Shown here one piece after another: positions 1 through 9,617 of a stretch of 64,000 nt of DNA (position 1 is the first letter of the stretch; the number at the start of each line of letters is the position of its first letter). Made by a program: the position numbers and the translations under genes. Origin of the DNA: Candidatus Aenigmatarchaeota archaeon (GTDB lineage Archaea > Aenigmatarchaeota > Aenigmatarchaeia > GW2011-AR5 > JAHLMP01); contig JAHLMP010000001.1 of assembly GCA_018920315.1 (NCBI GenBank), positions 177,049-241,048 on the forward strand, given 5' to 3'. The notes under the pieces are model-generated. The model searched no databases. It had not been told where the DNA came from and saw only the letters and a program-made list of their open reading frames with translations.

Positions 1-322
1 TAAGACCTTTTCTATAAATAATTGTTTGCAACCTTCTTTCAAGCAAATCCTTAACTTCTAATTTTAAAATATCATCAAGTGAATTTACTTCAATCCCTAT
101 TTTTCTCAATTTCTCTATTAACTTTACTTCTTTTTCTTTATCTTTTATCGCATTTAATTCCATTGCTCTTCTTCTAAGTTTTTTGAGCTCTGCTTCAACT
201 CGCCAAATTTCTCTCTTTTTCTTTAACCCATATTCTTTTAACAGTTTTTTTTCCTCTTCTAGATTTTTAAATGGCTTTTTAGGTGATTTATACTTCTTTT
301 TTAATTTTTTAGGATGTCCCAT
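1..322 (-). CDS. rps4: 30S ribosomal protein uS4 (S4P), N-terminal part; the gene runs off the left edge of the window
   Basis: My own minus-strand translation from the ATG (complement of 320-322) gives MGHPKKLKKKYKSPKKPFKNLEEEKKLLKEYGLKKKREIWRVEAELKKL..., a typical archaeal S4 N-terminus. It lies directly downstream of uS13, as in the conserved S13-S4-S11 cluster. It is absent from the ORF track because it is open at the window edge. Confidence 0.8.
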   Translation of the reverse strand, partial: MGHPKKLKKKYKSPKKPFKNLEEEKKLLKEYGLKKKREIWRVEAELKKLRRRAMELNAIKDKEKEVKLIEKLRKIGIEVNSLDDILKLEVKDLLERRLQTIIYRKGL

Positions 323-330
323 CTAATCAC

Positions 331-849
331 CTACCTCTTTTCACCTTTCTCTTTTTTAGCTGCTTGTGGTAGTTCTTTCTTTCTTACAACTCCGATAGTT
401 TTACCTTTTCTAAAACTCTTTCCACCAGTTCTTTGTCCTCTCACAGGCAATCCCATCTCGTGACGAACACCGCGATAAGCTCTTATCTTTTTCAAAAATT
501 CGATGTCTTCCTTTACTTTTAAATCTAAATCTCCTCCTACTAGATGAAAATCTTTTCCTGTTGTTAAATCCTTTCTTCTATTTAAAATCCACGAGGGAAT
601 ACCCTTCGGATTTTTTATGAAATTTTCTATCTCTTTTATTTTTTCTTCACTTAAATCTCCTATTCTCATTCTTGGATTTATTCCAAGTTTTTTGCAAGTT
701 GCATTTGCAAACATAAAACTTATTCCCTTTATTCTTCTCAAACCATTTATAACAGATAGAGAAGCATCTATATCAAACCCAACTATTCTTACAATTCCTT
801 TCTCACTTTTTTCTTCCTCTTTTCCAATCTTTTTCTCTTTCTCTACCAT
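331..849 (-). CDS. rps13: 30S ribosomal protein uS13
   Basis: 172 aa. IVRIVGFDIDASLSV..GLRRIKGI and YRGVRHEMGLPVRGQRT are hallmark S13 motifs. Confidence 0.9.
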   Translation of the reverse strand: MVEKEKKIGKEEEKSEKGIVRIVGFDIDASLSVINGLRRIKGISFMFANATCKKLGINPRMRIGDLSEEKIKEIENFIKNPKGIPSWILNRRKDLTTGKDFHLVGGDLDLKVKEDIEFLKKIRAYRGVRHEMGLPVRGQRTGGKSFRKGKTIGVVRKKELPQAAKKEKGEKR

Positions 850-951
850 AAATTCACCAAATACAATTTAGAATTCTAATATTATTTTAAATTTTTTAAA
901 TCATAACAAAATTGAATATAAGGTATTAAAAATAGAAGGAAAAGATAAAAA

Positions 952-1119
952 TTAATCTACTACAATTGCTCCTACAGGGCAAGAAGCAGCTGCCTCTTTT
1001 ATACACTTTGCTTTAGAATTCTTAACATGAGATTTTCCTTTTTTTAATTCAAAACCTTCTGGGCAAATTGCTGCACAAGCTCCGCAACCAATACATTTAT
1101 CTTTTAGTATTGTTACCAT
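952..1119 (-). CDS. Small 4Fe-4S ferredoxin (55 aa)
   Basis: Own translation gives MVTILKDKCIGCGACAAICPEGFELKKGKSHVKNSKAKCIKEAAASCPVGAIVVD. It has one CxxCxxCxxxCP cluster motif plus a distal C..CP. It is below the ORF-track size cutoff. Confidence 0.6.
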   Translation of the reverse strand: MVTILKDKCIGCGACAAICPEGFELKKGKSHVKNSKAKCIKEAAASCPVGAIVVD

Positions 1120-1182
1120 TTTCTCACCATTTTAAAATTCTTAATAATTTATAAGTATGGATATATTTATAAATTCTATTGT

Positions 1183-1289
1183 GGGCCCGTCGTCTAGCTT
1201 GGTCTAGGATCCGAGCCTAATTGAGCTTAAAGGGAGCTCGAGACAGGAGTTCAAAATTTTATTAGGCTTTGAAAATCTCCTCGGGCCCA
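1183..1289 (+). tRNA. tRNA, Pro-like (NGG anticodon loop ending GGGA), with two introns: 12 nt in the anticodon loop and 20 nt in the T-loop
   Basis: Acceptor GGGCCCG/CGGGCCC plus A73. D-arm GTCT..GGAT. Anticodon stem CGAGC (1212-1216) pairs with GCTCG (1236-1240), but 19 nt lie between them. T-stem AGGAG/CTCCT is separated by 27 nt. Removing 1256-1275 restores TTCAAAT. No CCA is encoded and an oligo-T run follows. The isotype is uncertain (see findings). Confidence 0.8.
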
Positions 1290-1359
1290 TTTTATTAAAG
1301 AAATCTAAATAAAATATAAAACTACTTATAAATAATTGTGAAAACAAAAATAACTATTA

Positions 1360-1836
1360 ATGAGACACTCGATTAAAACAGGACTTAGTTTTGGTCTTAC
1401 TTCTGGAATTATAACAACACTTGGATTAATAATTGGGTTACATTCTGGTACCCATTCTAAATTAGTTATAATAGGAGGCATATTAACAATAGCTATTGCC
1501 GATGCACTCTCTGATGCTCTTGGAATACATATATCAGAAGAATCGGAAAATAAGCATACACAAAAAGAAATATGGGAAGCTACTATAGTAACGTTTCTTG
1601 CAAAATTTATTTTTGCATTAACATTTGCGATTCCTATACTAATATTTCCTTTATCTTTTGCTATTATAGCATGTATAGTTTGGGGATTTTCTTTAATAGG
1701 AATCTTCAGCTATAATATTTTAATAGAGCAGAATAAAAAATCATATAAGGTTATCATCGAACATTTGATTATTGCTCTGGTAGTAATTGTTTTATCACAT
1801 TACGTTGGAGATTTTATTGATTTTATATTTAGATGA
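1360..1836 (+). CDS. VIT1/CCC1-family (DUF125) membrane protein, putative iron/manganese transporter
   Basis: 158 aa polytopic protein. GLSFGLTSGIITTLGL and AIADALSDALGIHISEE resemble the VIT family signature. Confidence 0.55.
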   Translation: MRHSIKTGLSFGLTSGIITTLGLIIGLHSGTHSKLVIIGGILTIAIADALSDALGIHISEESENKHTQKEIWEATIVTFLAKFIFALTFAIPILIFPLSFAIIACIVWGFSLIGIFSYNILIEQNKKSYKVIIEHLIIALVVIVLSHYVGDFIDFIFR

Positions 1837-1941
1837 TTTTTGTGCGAGTTTTGTTTTTATTTATTTTTGTTACGAATTATGGATAAGAATTGAAAAAATA
1901 CAAAAAATAATTTAAAAATGCAAAATTTCAAAAAATAAAAT

Positions 1942-3573
1942 TTAGTATTCTGGAGCTTCTTCTCTGCCAAACTTTTCTGGTGTTTTTGAGCTTGCTTTAG
2001 ATGCTGCTATAACATCATCTATTCTTAGAATCATCTCTGTAGCTTCTGCTGCAGATTTTATTGCCTGTGTTTTTATTTTCAATGGTTCTATAACTCCAAG
2101 TTTCTTCATATCATCTATTTTAGTATGTATAACATCTACTCCCATGTATTTGTTTCCTTTTCCATGTTGCGAAATTAGCTCTACTACTACATCAATAGGA
2201 TCCATTCCTGCACTTTCTGCTAGTGTTTTTGGAATTATCTCTAAAGCTTCTGAAAACTTAGTAATTCCTAATTGTTCTCTGCCTCCAACTGATTGTGCAT
2301 ATTCTCTTAATCTTAATGCTAACTCTATTTCAATTGCTCCTCCACCTACTACATATTTTCCTAACTCTATTGCTGAGATAACGCCAAGCACTGCATCTTC
2401 CATTGCCCTCTTTGCTTCATCAACCACATGCTCAGTACCTCCTCTTATTAGTATAGTTACCGATTTAGGATTCTTGCAATTCTCTACAAAAATCATTGCT
2501 TCGCCAGCAATCTTTCTTTCCTCTACTAAGCCAGCGTAACCCAAATCGCTTTCGCTCACCTCGTCTAAGTTGCTTATAATTGTTGCTCCCGTTGCTTTAG
2601 CTAACTTGCTCATATCGCTTTCCTTTACTCTCCTTACAGCTAAAACTTTATTCTTCGCTAGATAATGTAATACTAGATCATCAATTCCTTTCTGACAGAA
2701 AACAACATTGCATCCTGTTCTAATAACCTTTTCAGCTATCTCTTTGAGCATCTTTGTTTCTTGTTGCAAGAATTCTTGCATCTTCTCTGGCGAGGTAATC
2801 TCTATCTTTGCTTCTGTTTCTGTTGATTTTATTTCTAAAGCACTCTCTACAAGTAATATCTTTGCTTTTTCAATTCTTTTTGGCATATTTGGATGAGCAG
2901 ATTCTTTATCTATTACTATACCTTTTATTAATCTTGTATCATCTAAACTGCCTCCCTGCTTCTTTTCTATCTTTATATCGTCCTTGTTTATCACTACTTT
3001 TTCTCCGATCTTCTCGGCAACAGAATTTACTGCTTCTACAGCAAGCTTTGCTAAGCTTTCTTTTGCTGATTCTCCGCTTTTTCCAGTCATTGCTGTCATT
3101 GCAATCTTTTCTAAAAGTTCTACATCGTTTATTGTTATTTTTTCTGCGGTTTTGTCTAATATCTCAAGTGATTTTGCTGCTGCCATTCTAAATCCTTTTG
3201 CAATTGTTATAGGATGTAAATTTTGTTCAAGAAGCTCTTCTGCCTTTTTTAATAGCTCTCCCGCAATAACTACTGCAGTAGTTGTTCCATCGCCGACCTC
3301 TTCTTCCTGTGTTTTTGCTATTTCTACCATCATTTTTGCTGCTGGATGCTCTATCTCCATCTCATCCAATATCGTTGCACCATCGTTTGTTATTATTACA
3401 TCTCCTATGCTAGAGATTAACATTTTGTCCATTCCCCTTGGTCCCAATGTAGTTCTTACCGCATCAGCTATTGCTTTTGCTGCCTCTATGTTTTTTCTTT
3501 GTGCATCCTTGCCAGTCTGTCTTATTGTACCTTCTGGCAATACTAATATCGGTTGGACTAAACCTCCATTCAT
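1942..3573 (-). CDS. ths: Thermosome subunit (group II chaperonin)
   Basis: 543 aa. Contains [36 protein letters not shown] and VVGGGAIE, the canonical thermosome/CCT motifs. Confidence 0.95.
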   Translation of the reverse strand: MNGGLVQPILVLPEGTIRQTGKDAQRKNIEAAKAIADAVRTTLGPRGMDKMLISSIGDVIITNDGATILDEMEIEHPAAKMMVEIAKTQEEEVGDGTTTAVVIAGELLKKAEELLEQNLHPITIAKGFRMAAAKSLEILDKTAEKITINDVELLEKIAMTAMTGKSGESAKESLAKLAVEAVNSVAEKIGEKVVINKDDIKIEKKQGGSLDDTRLIKGIVIDKESAHPNMPKRIEKAKILLVESALEIKSTETEAKIEITSPEKMQEFLQQETKMLKEIAEKVIRTGCNVVFCQKGIDDLVLHYLAKNKVLAVRRVKESDMSKLAKATGATIISNLDEVSESDLGYAGLVEERKIAGEAMIFVENCKNPKSVTILIRGGTEHVVDEAKRAMEDAVLGVISAIELGKYVVGGGAIEIELALRLREYAQSVGGREQLGITKFSEALEIIPKTLAESAGMDPIDVVVELISQHGKGNKYMGVDVIHTKIDDMKKLGVIEPLKIKTQAIKSAAEATEMILRIDDVIAASKASSKTPEKFGREEAPEY

Positions 3574-3674
3574 GTAAGACCACCTATTAAAGGTTGGAAG
3601 GAAGATATTTTAAATCTATAGAAATATAAATTTATAGAAAGATTTAAAAAATTAATCGAATTGTTTCGATAAGA

Positions 3675-3992
3675 GTGGATTACATGCTTTATCTTGAAAT
3701 AATAAGATATCTTCTGATTATATTCTCCTCGGTCACACTAGGAAATTACATAATACTTAGAAAAACTGAAATAAAAAAAATTATCTCATCTACGATAATT
3801 CTATTTTTCTATTCTATATATCTATATTACTTTTTGTATTACTTTTTTCCTTTCGTTCCTTGGATTATAAAAGATGCTTTATTTTGGATTTTAATTTCAA
3901 TAATATTTAACAGAGGCGAAGGTGTGATACATAGTATTCTAACAGGAATTTCCAGCTTTTTTATTTTCTTTGTTCTTCATTTTCTAATTTAA
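3675..3992 (+). CDS. Hypothetical small membrane protein
   Basis: 105 aa and very hydrophobic (about 3 TM). No recognisable motif. An alternative ATG lies at 3684. Confidence 0.35.
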   Translation: MDYMLYLEIIRYLLIIFSSVTLGNYIILRKTEIKKIISSTIILFFYSIYLYYFLYYFFPFVPWIIKDALFWILISIIFNRGEGVIHSILTGISSFFIFFVLHFLI

Positions 3993-4064
3993 TAATTACA
4001 GTAATTTGATTGAAATAATGATAAGCTCGTAATATTTATATGGTTTTATGATAATCTTATTATT

Positions 4065-4340
4065 ATGGCAGCGCCTTATAAAAGAATTTACAAACATACT
4101 GGCCCAAGAGGAAAGGAAAAATATATAAGTTGTGGATTTTGCAAAAAGCTTGTTCCAAGATACAAAACAATCGCAATATATAAATCTTTTGGAATTTCAG
4201 ATCCTTATTTAAAAAAAGAAATGGAAATAAAGACAATACCGCTAAAAAGAAAGGTTTATGTTTGTATGCAATGTGCAAGACATAGGGGCATAGTAAAGAT
4301 AGGAAAAAGTAGAAAAAGTAGACCGCTAAGGGAAGAGTAA
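4065..4340 (+). CDS. rps26e: 30S ribosomal protein eS26
   Basis: 91 aa. PRGKEKYISCGFCKKLVPRYKTIA and YVCMQCARHRGIVK align with the two Cys pairs and basic blocks of eukaryotic/archaeal S26e. Confidence 0.7.
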   Translation: MAAPYKRIYKHTGPRGKEKYISCGFCKKLVPRYKTIAIYKSFGISDPYLKKEMEIKTIPLKRKVYVCMQCARHRGIVKIGKSRKSRPLREE

Positions 4341-4362
4341 TTTTAGCAAATATTTTTTAATT

Positions 4363-6048
4363 ATGATTTTTATGTTAGGAAAATTAAAAAGAATCTTTTC
4401 AAAAGAGAAAAAAATAAAAAGTGAAGAAAAAATAGCAAGAGAAACAAGAGCTTCCCTTTTACTAAAGTCTTTGAGACCAGAAGAAGAAAGAGTTGAAAAA
4501 ACTAAGAAATCTGAATCATCTTATGAATTTCCAAAATTTAAAATATTTACAGAAAAAAAACCGATAATCACTTCAATACAACCACCAATAAGATATTCGC
4601 TAATCTACCCTTATGCGTTTGCTTTGATAAGAAAGGATCCGATCTCAGGAAATTTACTGTATCATGTAATAGAACCATCATTATATGAAAATGAAGAAGA
4701 GATATTAGAAAAGATAAAGAGAGGGTTGAATCAGATAATAGACATTTCTCCGAGAGTAATAAAGAATAGAGAAAAGATGATAGAATTTTTAGAAGAAAAG
4801 GTTCAAAATCTTTTATCCCAATATGGGATAAAAATATCTAAAAGAGAATATTTGAAAATAATGTATTACATATATAGAGATTTTGTAGGACTAAATGAAA
4901 TAGAGCCGCTAATGAATGATCCTTTTATTGAAGATATTAGCGTAGATGGCATAAATCTTCCTGTATACGTTGTCCATCAAAAGCTTGGCTCGATAAAAAC
5001 TAATATAATATATAATGATATTGAAAAGTTAAGAGAATTTGTAGTAAAACTTGCTGAGAGATGCGATCGTTACATAAGTTATGCAGAACCCTTACTTGAT
5101 GGGAGCTTGCCAGATGGATCTAGAGTACAAGCTACACTTACTGGTGATGTTACAACAAGGGGACCAACATTCTCAATAAGAAAATTCAAAGAAGAGCCAC
5201 TCTCACCAATAGATTTAATTATGCTTAATACAGCATCTACAGAGCTAATGGCTTATTTATGGTATTTAATAGAAGCTAAAAGAAATATAATGATCTGTGG
5301 TGGCACTTCTACAGGAAAAACATCTTTGCTTAATGCGATATCTGTTTTTATACCTTATGAAGCTAAGATTGTTTCAATTGAAGATACTCGTGAACTAATG
5401 CTTCCTCATGAGCATTGGGTCCCTGGTGTAGCTCGCCCTGCTTTTGGTGCATCTGGAATAGGAGAAATTACAATGTTTGATCTTCTTAGAGAGAGTTTTA
5501 GACAAAATCCAGATTATCTTGTTGTTGGAGAAATAAGAGGTAAAGAAGCTTACGTAATGTTTCAAGGAATGGCCTCTGGGCATCCTTCTTTTGCTACTAT
5601 GCATGCTGCAAGCTTAGAAGATATGATAAAGAGATTGGAATCTCCTCCCATAGAGCTTTCGCCTTACTTAATAGAAATATTAGATATTGTTATCATAATG
5701 ATACATGCAAAAGAAAAAGGAAAAAGTGCAAGAAGAATAAAAGAAGTTTTGGAAATTCAGAATATAGATAAAGCAACAGGAAATGCAAACGCGATTAGAG
5801 CGTTTACATGGATTCCTGCAGAAGATAGAATAGAGTTTAAAGGTTATTCTTGGGTGTTGAATAAGATATCGATAGACAAAGGTATATCAATGAGAGAAAT
5901 TTACAGAGACATAGAACAAAGAAAAATGGTATTGGACTGGCTTGTGAAAAATAATATAAGATCTATTTCTAAAGTTGCAAAATATGTTGAAATGTTTTAT
6001 AAAGAAAGAGAGAGGTTGATGAAGATTATAAAAGAAGTCGAAGAATAA
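4363..6048 (+). CDS. FlaI/PilB-type secretion ATPase (GspE / type II-IV secretion NTPase family)
   Basis: 561 aa. Walker A is GGTSTGKTSLLNA and Walker B region is DYLVVGEIRG. SIEDTREL and the His box (GHPSFATMHA) are typical of archaeal archaellum/pilus assembly ATPases. Confidence 0.85.
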   Translation: MIFMLGKLKRIFSKEKKIKSEEKIARETRASLLLKSLRPEEERVEKTKKSESSYEFPKFKIFTEKKPIITSIQPPIRYSLIYPYAFALIRKDPISGNLLYHVIEPSLYENEEEILEKIKRGLNQIIDISPRVIKNREKMIEFLEEKVQNLLSQYGIKISKREYLKIMYYIYRDFVGLNEIEPLMNDPFIEDISVDGINLPVYVVHQKLGSIKTNIIYNDIEKLREFVVKLAERCDRYISYAEPLLDGSLPDGSRVQATLTGDVTTRGPTFSIRKFKEEPLSPIDLIMLNTASTELMAYLWYLIEAKRNIMICGGTSTGKTSLLNAISVFIPYEAKIVSIEDTRELMLPHEHWVPGVARPAFGASGIGEITMFDLLRESFRQNPDYLVVGEIRGKEAYVMFQGMASGHPSFATMHAASLEDMIKRLESPPIELSPYLIEILDIVIIMIHAKEKGKSARRIKEVLEIQNIDKATGNANAIRAFTWIPAEDRIEFKGYSWVLNKISIDKGISMREIYRDIEQRKMVLDWLVKNNIRSISKVAKYVEMFYKERERLMKIIKEVEE

Positions 6049-6181
6049 AAATTCTAAATTGATTATTAAGTGAATTATAAGATGATTTCGGTTTGTTATA
6101 TATTTGGTGTATTCCCTTTTGAGTGATGTAAAAAAGCTAAGAAAAAATAATTAAATATTAAAAGATAAAAATAACCTTTGT

Positions 6182-8941
6182 ATGATTGTTCAAGTTCTTG
6201 ATTGCGATTATATACAAAACCACAAACCAATAATAAGAATATTCGGAAAAACTGAGAATGGAAATCCAATATGCTTATTTTATGAAGGTTTCTTACCTTA
6301 TTTTTATGTATCTGGTAATGAAGAAAAGATAAAAGAATTTTTAGATGAAAATGAAAATGTCATAAAAATAGAGAAAGAGAAAAAGTTTGAATCTATCGGC
6401 TATCATAAAGAGCCGATCGATGTTCTTAAGATTACTTTATCCTCGCCTAGTGAGGTTAGCAAGCTAAGAGACTTGCTAGAGCAACAACCTTTTGTAAAAA
6501 AGGTTTACGAGGCTGACATACTTTTTAAATATAGATTTATGGTAGACTTTGGAATAATGGGGATGAGATGGATAGAAGTAGAAGCTAATAGTTTGCACAC
6601 AACTACGGTGAAAGTTCCTTCATTTCAAATAGTTGGTAATAAAATAAAGTTAATTGAAAAGGATGAAAATTGTAAACTTAAGTATCTTTCGATTGATATA
6701 GAAGCTCTCCCAAAAGATTATTCTAAACCACTTGAACCTAAGGATTGTCCGATAATAATGATTTCTCTTGCATTTAATCCACCGATGAAAGGAAAAGATT
6801 CTCTTGTTTTGTTAACAAAAAATGTAAATGCTGATAATAAAATAAACATCATAAATTTTGAAAATGAAGAAGAGATGCTAAAAAAGTTCTTGGAAATAAT
6901 AGATGAATACGACCCAGATATAATAGTTGGTTATAATATAAATAATTTTGATCTTCCTTTCATTATAGAAAGATTAAAAATTAATAAACTTCCACAAAAT
7001 ATAGGGAGATGCTCACTAAAGCCTGCAATAATAAGAAAGTTTGGTGGGAGCGAAGAGTGTGACATTCCTGGAAGAATTGTATTCGATCCTTATCAAATAA
7101 TAAGAAGAGATCCTTGGATGAGATTTAAGAGATATGATTTAAATACAGTTGCAAAAGAGCTTCTCGGAGAAGAAAAAATTGAAATAAAATATAAAGAGAT
7201 GGAAAAGTATTGGAATGGAGATGAAGAAAAATTGAAAAAATTCATTCTTTATTCTAAAAAAGATTCAGAGTTGGCTTTAAAATTGGTTATAGAAAAGGGT
7301 CTTATAGAAAAATTCTTTGAGCTTTCTAAGATTTCTGGATTATTACTTCAAGATACTTTTGGAGGCCAAGCCATAAGAGTTGAGATAAGATTGCTCCATG
7401 AATTCAAGAAAAGAAATCTTTTAATGCCCTGCAAGCCCTCGAAAGAAGAAATTAATAGAAGAACTTTGGAAAGAGAAAAATATGGATTAATAGGAGCTAC
7501 AGTACTAGAACCTAAAAGGGGTTTGTACAAAAATAAATGTATTCTTGTTCTCGATTTTACATCTCTTTATCCTAGCATAATCCAAACATATAACATTTCT
7601 CCTGATACAATTATATTGGATGAGAAGGAAACTCCAAAAAAGATTATAGAAACTCCAATGAAAGCGAAGTTTGTCGATGCTTCTATATATCAAGGAGTTA
7701 TGCCATCAATCTTAGAAGAATTAATGAAAAAAAGAAAGGAAATAAAAAAAGAATTAAAAAATGCTAAAGGTGAAAGAAAGAAGATTCTTGACTACATGCA
7801 ACTTGCTATAAAAACTATGGCAAATAGCTTTTATGGCTATACTGGTTTTCTAATGGCAAGATTATATATGCTTGACATTGCTAATGCCATTACAGCAATT
7901 GGAAGAGAAAATTTAGCAAAAACGAAAAAGATAATTGAGAGCAACTTTCCATACAAAGTTATTTATGCAGATACAGATTCGGTGTTTTTAGAAACGGGTA
8001 TTACTAACTTAGAAGAAGCGAAAAAAGCTGGAGAAGAAGTTTCTAAGTTTGTTACAGAAAACTTGCCCGGTTGCTTAGAATTGAAATTTGAAAAGATATA
8101 TAAGAGTTTTATAATCCTTACAAAAAAGAGATATGCTGGTTGGGCATTCGAGCCTAGCGATAGCGAATGGAAAGATTATATTGATATGAAAGGAATAGAA
8201 ACTGTTCGTCGTGATTGGTGCGAGCTCGTTGAAGAAGTTACAGGAAAGGTTATTGAACTTGTTCTTAAGAAAGATGATATAAACGAGGTAGTAAATTATG
8301 TCAAAACTATAATTCAAAAATTGAGAAAGAATGAAATACCTTTAGAAAAATTAGCGATTGTTAAAGGATTAACTAAACTTCCTTCCTCTTATAAAGGTAT
8401 TTTGCCTCATATAGAGGTAGCGAAAAAAATGATAGAAAGACATCCAGAAAATCCTCCGAGAATAGGAGATAGAATAAGTTTCGTTATAGTTGCTGGTAGT
8501 GGAATGGTATCAAAAAGAGCAGAAAGCTTGGATTATGCAAAAGAGCACAAGCTTGCAATTGATTCTAATTATTATATTATGAGTCAAATACTGCCACCAA
8601 TAGAAAGAATATTAAAGGTAATTGGAGTTTCAAAAGATGAGTTGATTCAAAGCGCAACCCAAAGTACGATAAAAGATTTGCTATTTTCAAAATTTGAAAA
8701 AAATAATGATAAAATGAATTATATAGAAAAAAATTGTGAAAATGAAAGGAAAGATAACGAAAATGCAAAAATCTTATTTAATGAGAATTCAAAAATAAAT
8801 ATTTTAGAAGGATGGGAAAACTTTATATGCGAAAAATGTAACAAAATTTATAAGGTTATGCCTCTTAATGGGCTTTGCAAATGTGGAGGAAAATTAGTTA
8901 TAAAATATAATGAGTATGTCTCTAAATATTGTAAGCAGTAA
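6182..8941 (+). CDS. polB: Family B DNA polymerase with a C-terminal C4 zinc-ribbon extension
   Basis: 919 aa. Exo motifs are present (LSIDIEA, YNINNFDLPF). Pol motifs are DFTSLYPSII, KTMANSFYGY and YADTDSVF. The tail carries CEKC..x14..CKCGG (8828-8884). Confidence 0.95.
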   Translation: MIVQVLDCDYIQNHKPIIRIFGKTENGNPICLFYEGFLPYFYVSGNEEKIKEFLDENENVIKIEKEKKFESIGYHKEPIDVLKITLSSPSEVSKLRDLLEQQPFVKKVYEADILFKYRFMVDFGIMGMRWIEVEANSLHTTTVKVPSFQIVGNKIKLIEKDENCKLKYLSIDIEALPKDYSKPLEPKDCPIIMISLAFNPPMKGKDSLVLLTKNVNADNKINIINFENEEEMLKKFLEIIDEYDPDIIVGYNINNFDLPFIIERLKINKLPQNIGRCSLKPAIIRKFGGSEECDIPGRIVFDPYQIIRRDPWMRFKRYDLNTVAKELLGEEKIEIKYKEMEKYWNGDEEKLKKFILYSKKDSELALKLVIEKGLIEKFFELSKISGLLLQDTFGGQAIRVEIRLLHEFKKRNLLMPCKPSKEEINRRTLEREKYGLIGATVLEPKRGLYKNKCILVLDFTSLYPSIIQTYNISPDTIILDEKETPKKIIETPMKAKFVDASIYQGVMPSILEELMKKRKEIKKELKNAKGERKKILDYMQLAIKTMANSFYGYTGFLMARLYMLDIANAITAIGRENLAKTKKIIESNFPYKVIYADTDSVFLETGITNLEEAKKAGEEVSKFVTENLPGCLELKFEKIYKSFIILTKKRYAGWAFEPSDSEWKDYIDMKGIETVRRDWCELVEEVTGKVIELVLKKDDINEVVNYVKTIIQKLRKNEIPLEKLAIVKGLTKLPSSYKGILPHIEVAKKMIERHPENPPRIGDRISFVIVAGSGMVSKRAESLDYAKEHKLAIDSNYYIMSQILPPIERILKVIGVSKDELIQSATQSTIKDLLFSKFEKNNDKMNYIEKNCENERKDNENAKILFNENSKINILEGWENFICEKCNKIYKVMPLNGLCKCGGKLVIKYNEYVSKYCKQ

Positions 8942-9602
8942 TAGAAAAGATGTTGGCACGAGTGTTGATAAAAAATTATATGAAGAAAACAAAATTCTTG
9001 TAGATTATCTGACAAATATAGGCGCAATAAAAAGTGAGAAAGTTAGAAAAGCTTTTCTAAATGTTCCTCGTCATTTATTCTTAAAAGATAAATCTTACGC
9101 TTATATAGATACTCCTCTCCCAACCTTAAAGGGTCAAACCATCTCGCAACCAAGTATAGTAGCGATAATGTTAGAAAATTTAGATTTGCACCCAAATCAA
9201 AAAGTTCTTGAAATTGGAGCAGGCACAGGATGGAATGCTGCATTAATTGGAAGTATAGTTTATCCTGGAAAGGTTTTTACTATTGAAATAGAAAAAGAGC
9301 TTGTTGAATTTGCTAAAGAGAATTTGAATAAATTGAATATAAAAAATGTGGAGATAATTCATGGGGATGGAAACTTTGGTTATGATAAAGAAGCACCTTA
9401 TGATAGGTGTATAATAACTGCAGCTTGCTCAATAATACCTCCACCATTAATTGAACAATTAAAAAAAGATGGAAAACTTATTGCTCCTATTGGTACAAGA
9501 TTTTCTCAAAGACTTGTTTTATATGATAAAAATAAAAATTCTTTCAAAGATTTGGGGGGTTGCATCTTCGTTGAACTTAAAGGAAAATATGGTTTCGAAT
9601 AA
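8910..9602 (+). CDS. pcm: Protein-L-isoaspartate O-methyltransferase
   Basis: 230 aa. QTISQPSIVAIMLENL and VLEIGAGTGWNAALIG are PCMT signatures. The 5' end overlaps the polB stop, so the exact start is uncertain. Confidence 0.85.
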   Translation: MSMSLNIVSSNRKDVGTSVDKKLYEENKILVDYLTNIGAIKSEKVRKAFLNVPRHLFLKDKSYAYIDTPLPTLKGQTISQPSIVAIMLENLDLHPNQKVLEIGAGTGWNAALIGSIVYPGKVFTIEIEKELVEFAKENLNKLNIKNVEIIHGDGNFGYDKEAPYDRCIITAACSIIPPPLIEQLKKDGKLIAPIGTRFSQRLVLYDKNKNSFKDLGGCIFVELKGKYGFE

Positions 9603-9617
9603 AAATCTTGGCTTGAG

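Noticed and set aside
1140-1182. TATA-like motifs upstream of the tRNA genes and many CDS (for example TTTATAAAT before 1183, TTTATAAAAA at 10415 and ATTTATTTATA at 43708).
   Set aside because: They are probably real promoters in some cases. However, TATA-like strings occur nearly everywhere in this AT-rich sequence, so I cannot call individual promoters from sequence alone. The one exception is discussed in the tRNA-Val/permease finding.
2144-3577. Four ORFs (62-197 aa) on the plus strand across the thermosome gene.
   Set aside because: They are antisense to a strongly supported thermosome CDS. The translations are low-complexity and rich in S, F, L and I, as expected for the reverse strand of a Lys/Glu-rich AT-rich gene.
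6075-6150. A possible box C/D sRNA in the FlaI-polB spacer (AGATGATT ... TTGA ... GTGATGT ... CTAA).
   Set aside because: None of the four boxes matches the consensus (RUGAUGA or CUGA) and the spacing is poor. This is likely chance in AT-rich DNA. I saw no convincing C/D sRNA elsewhere, although Nop5 and fibrillarin are present.
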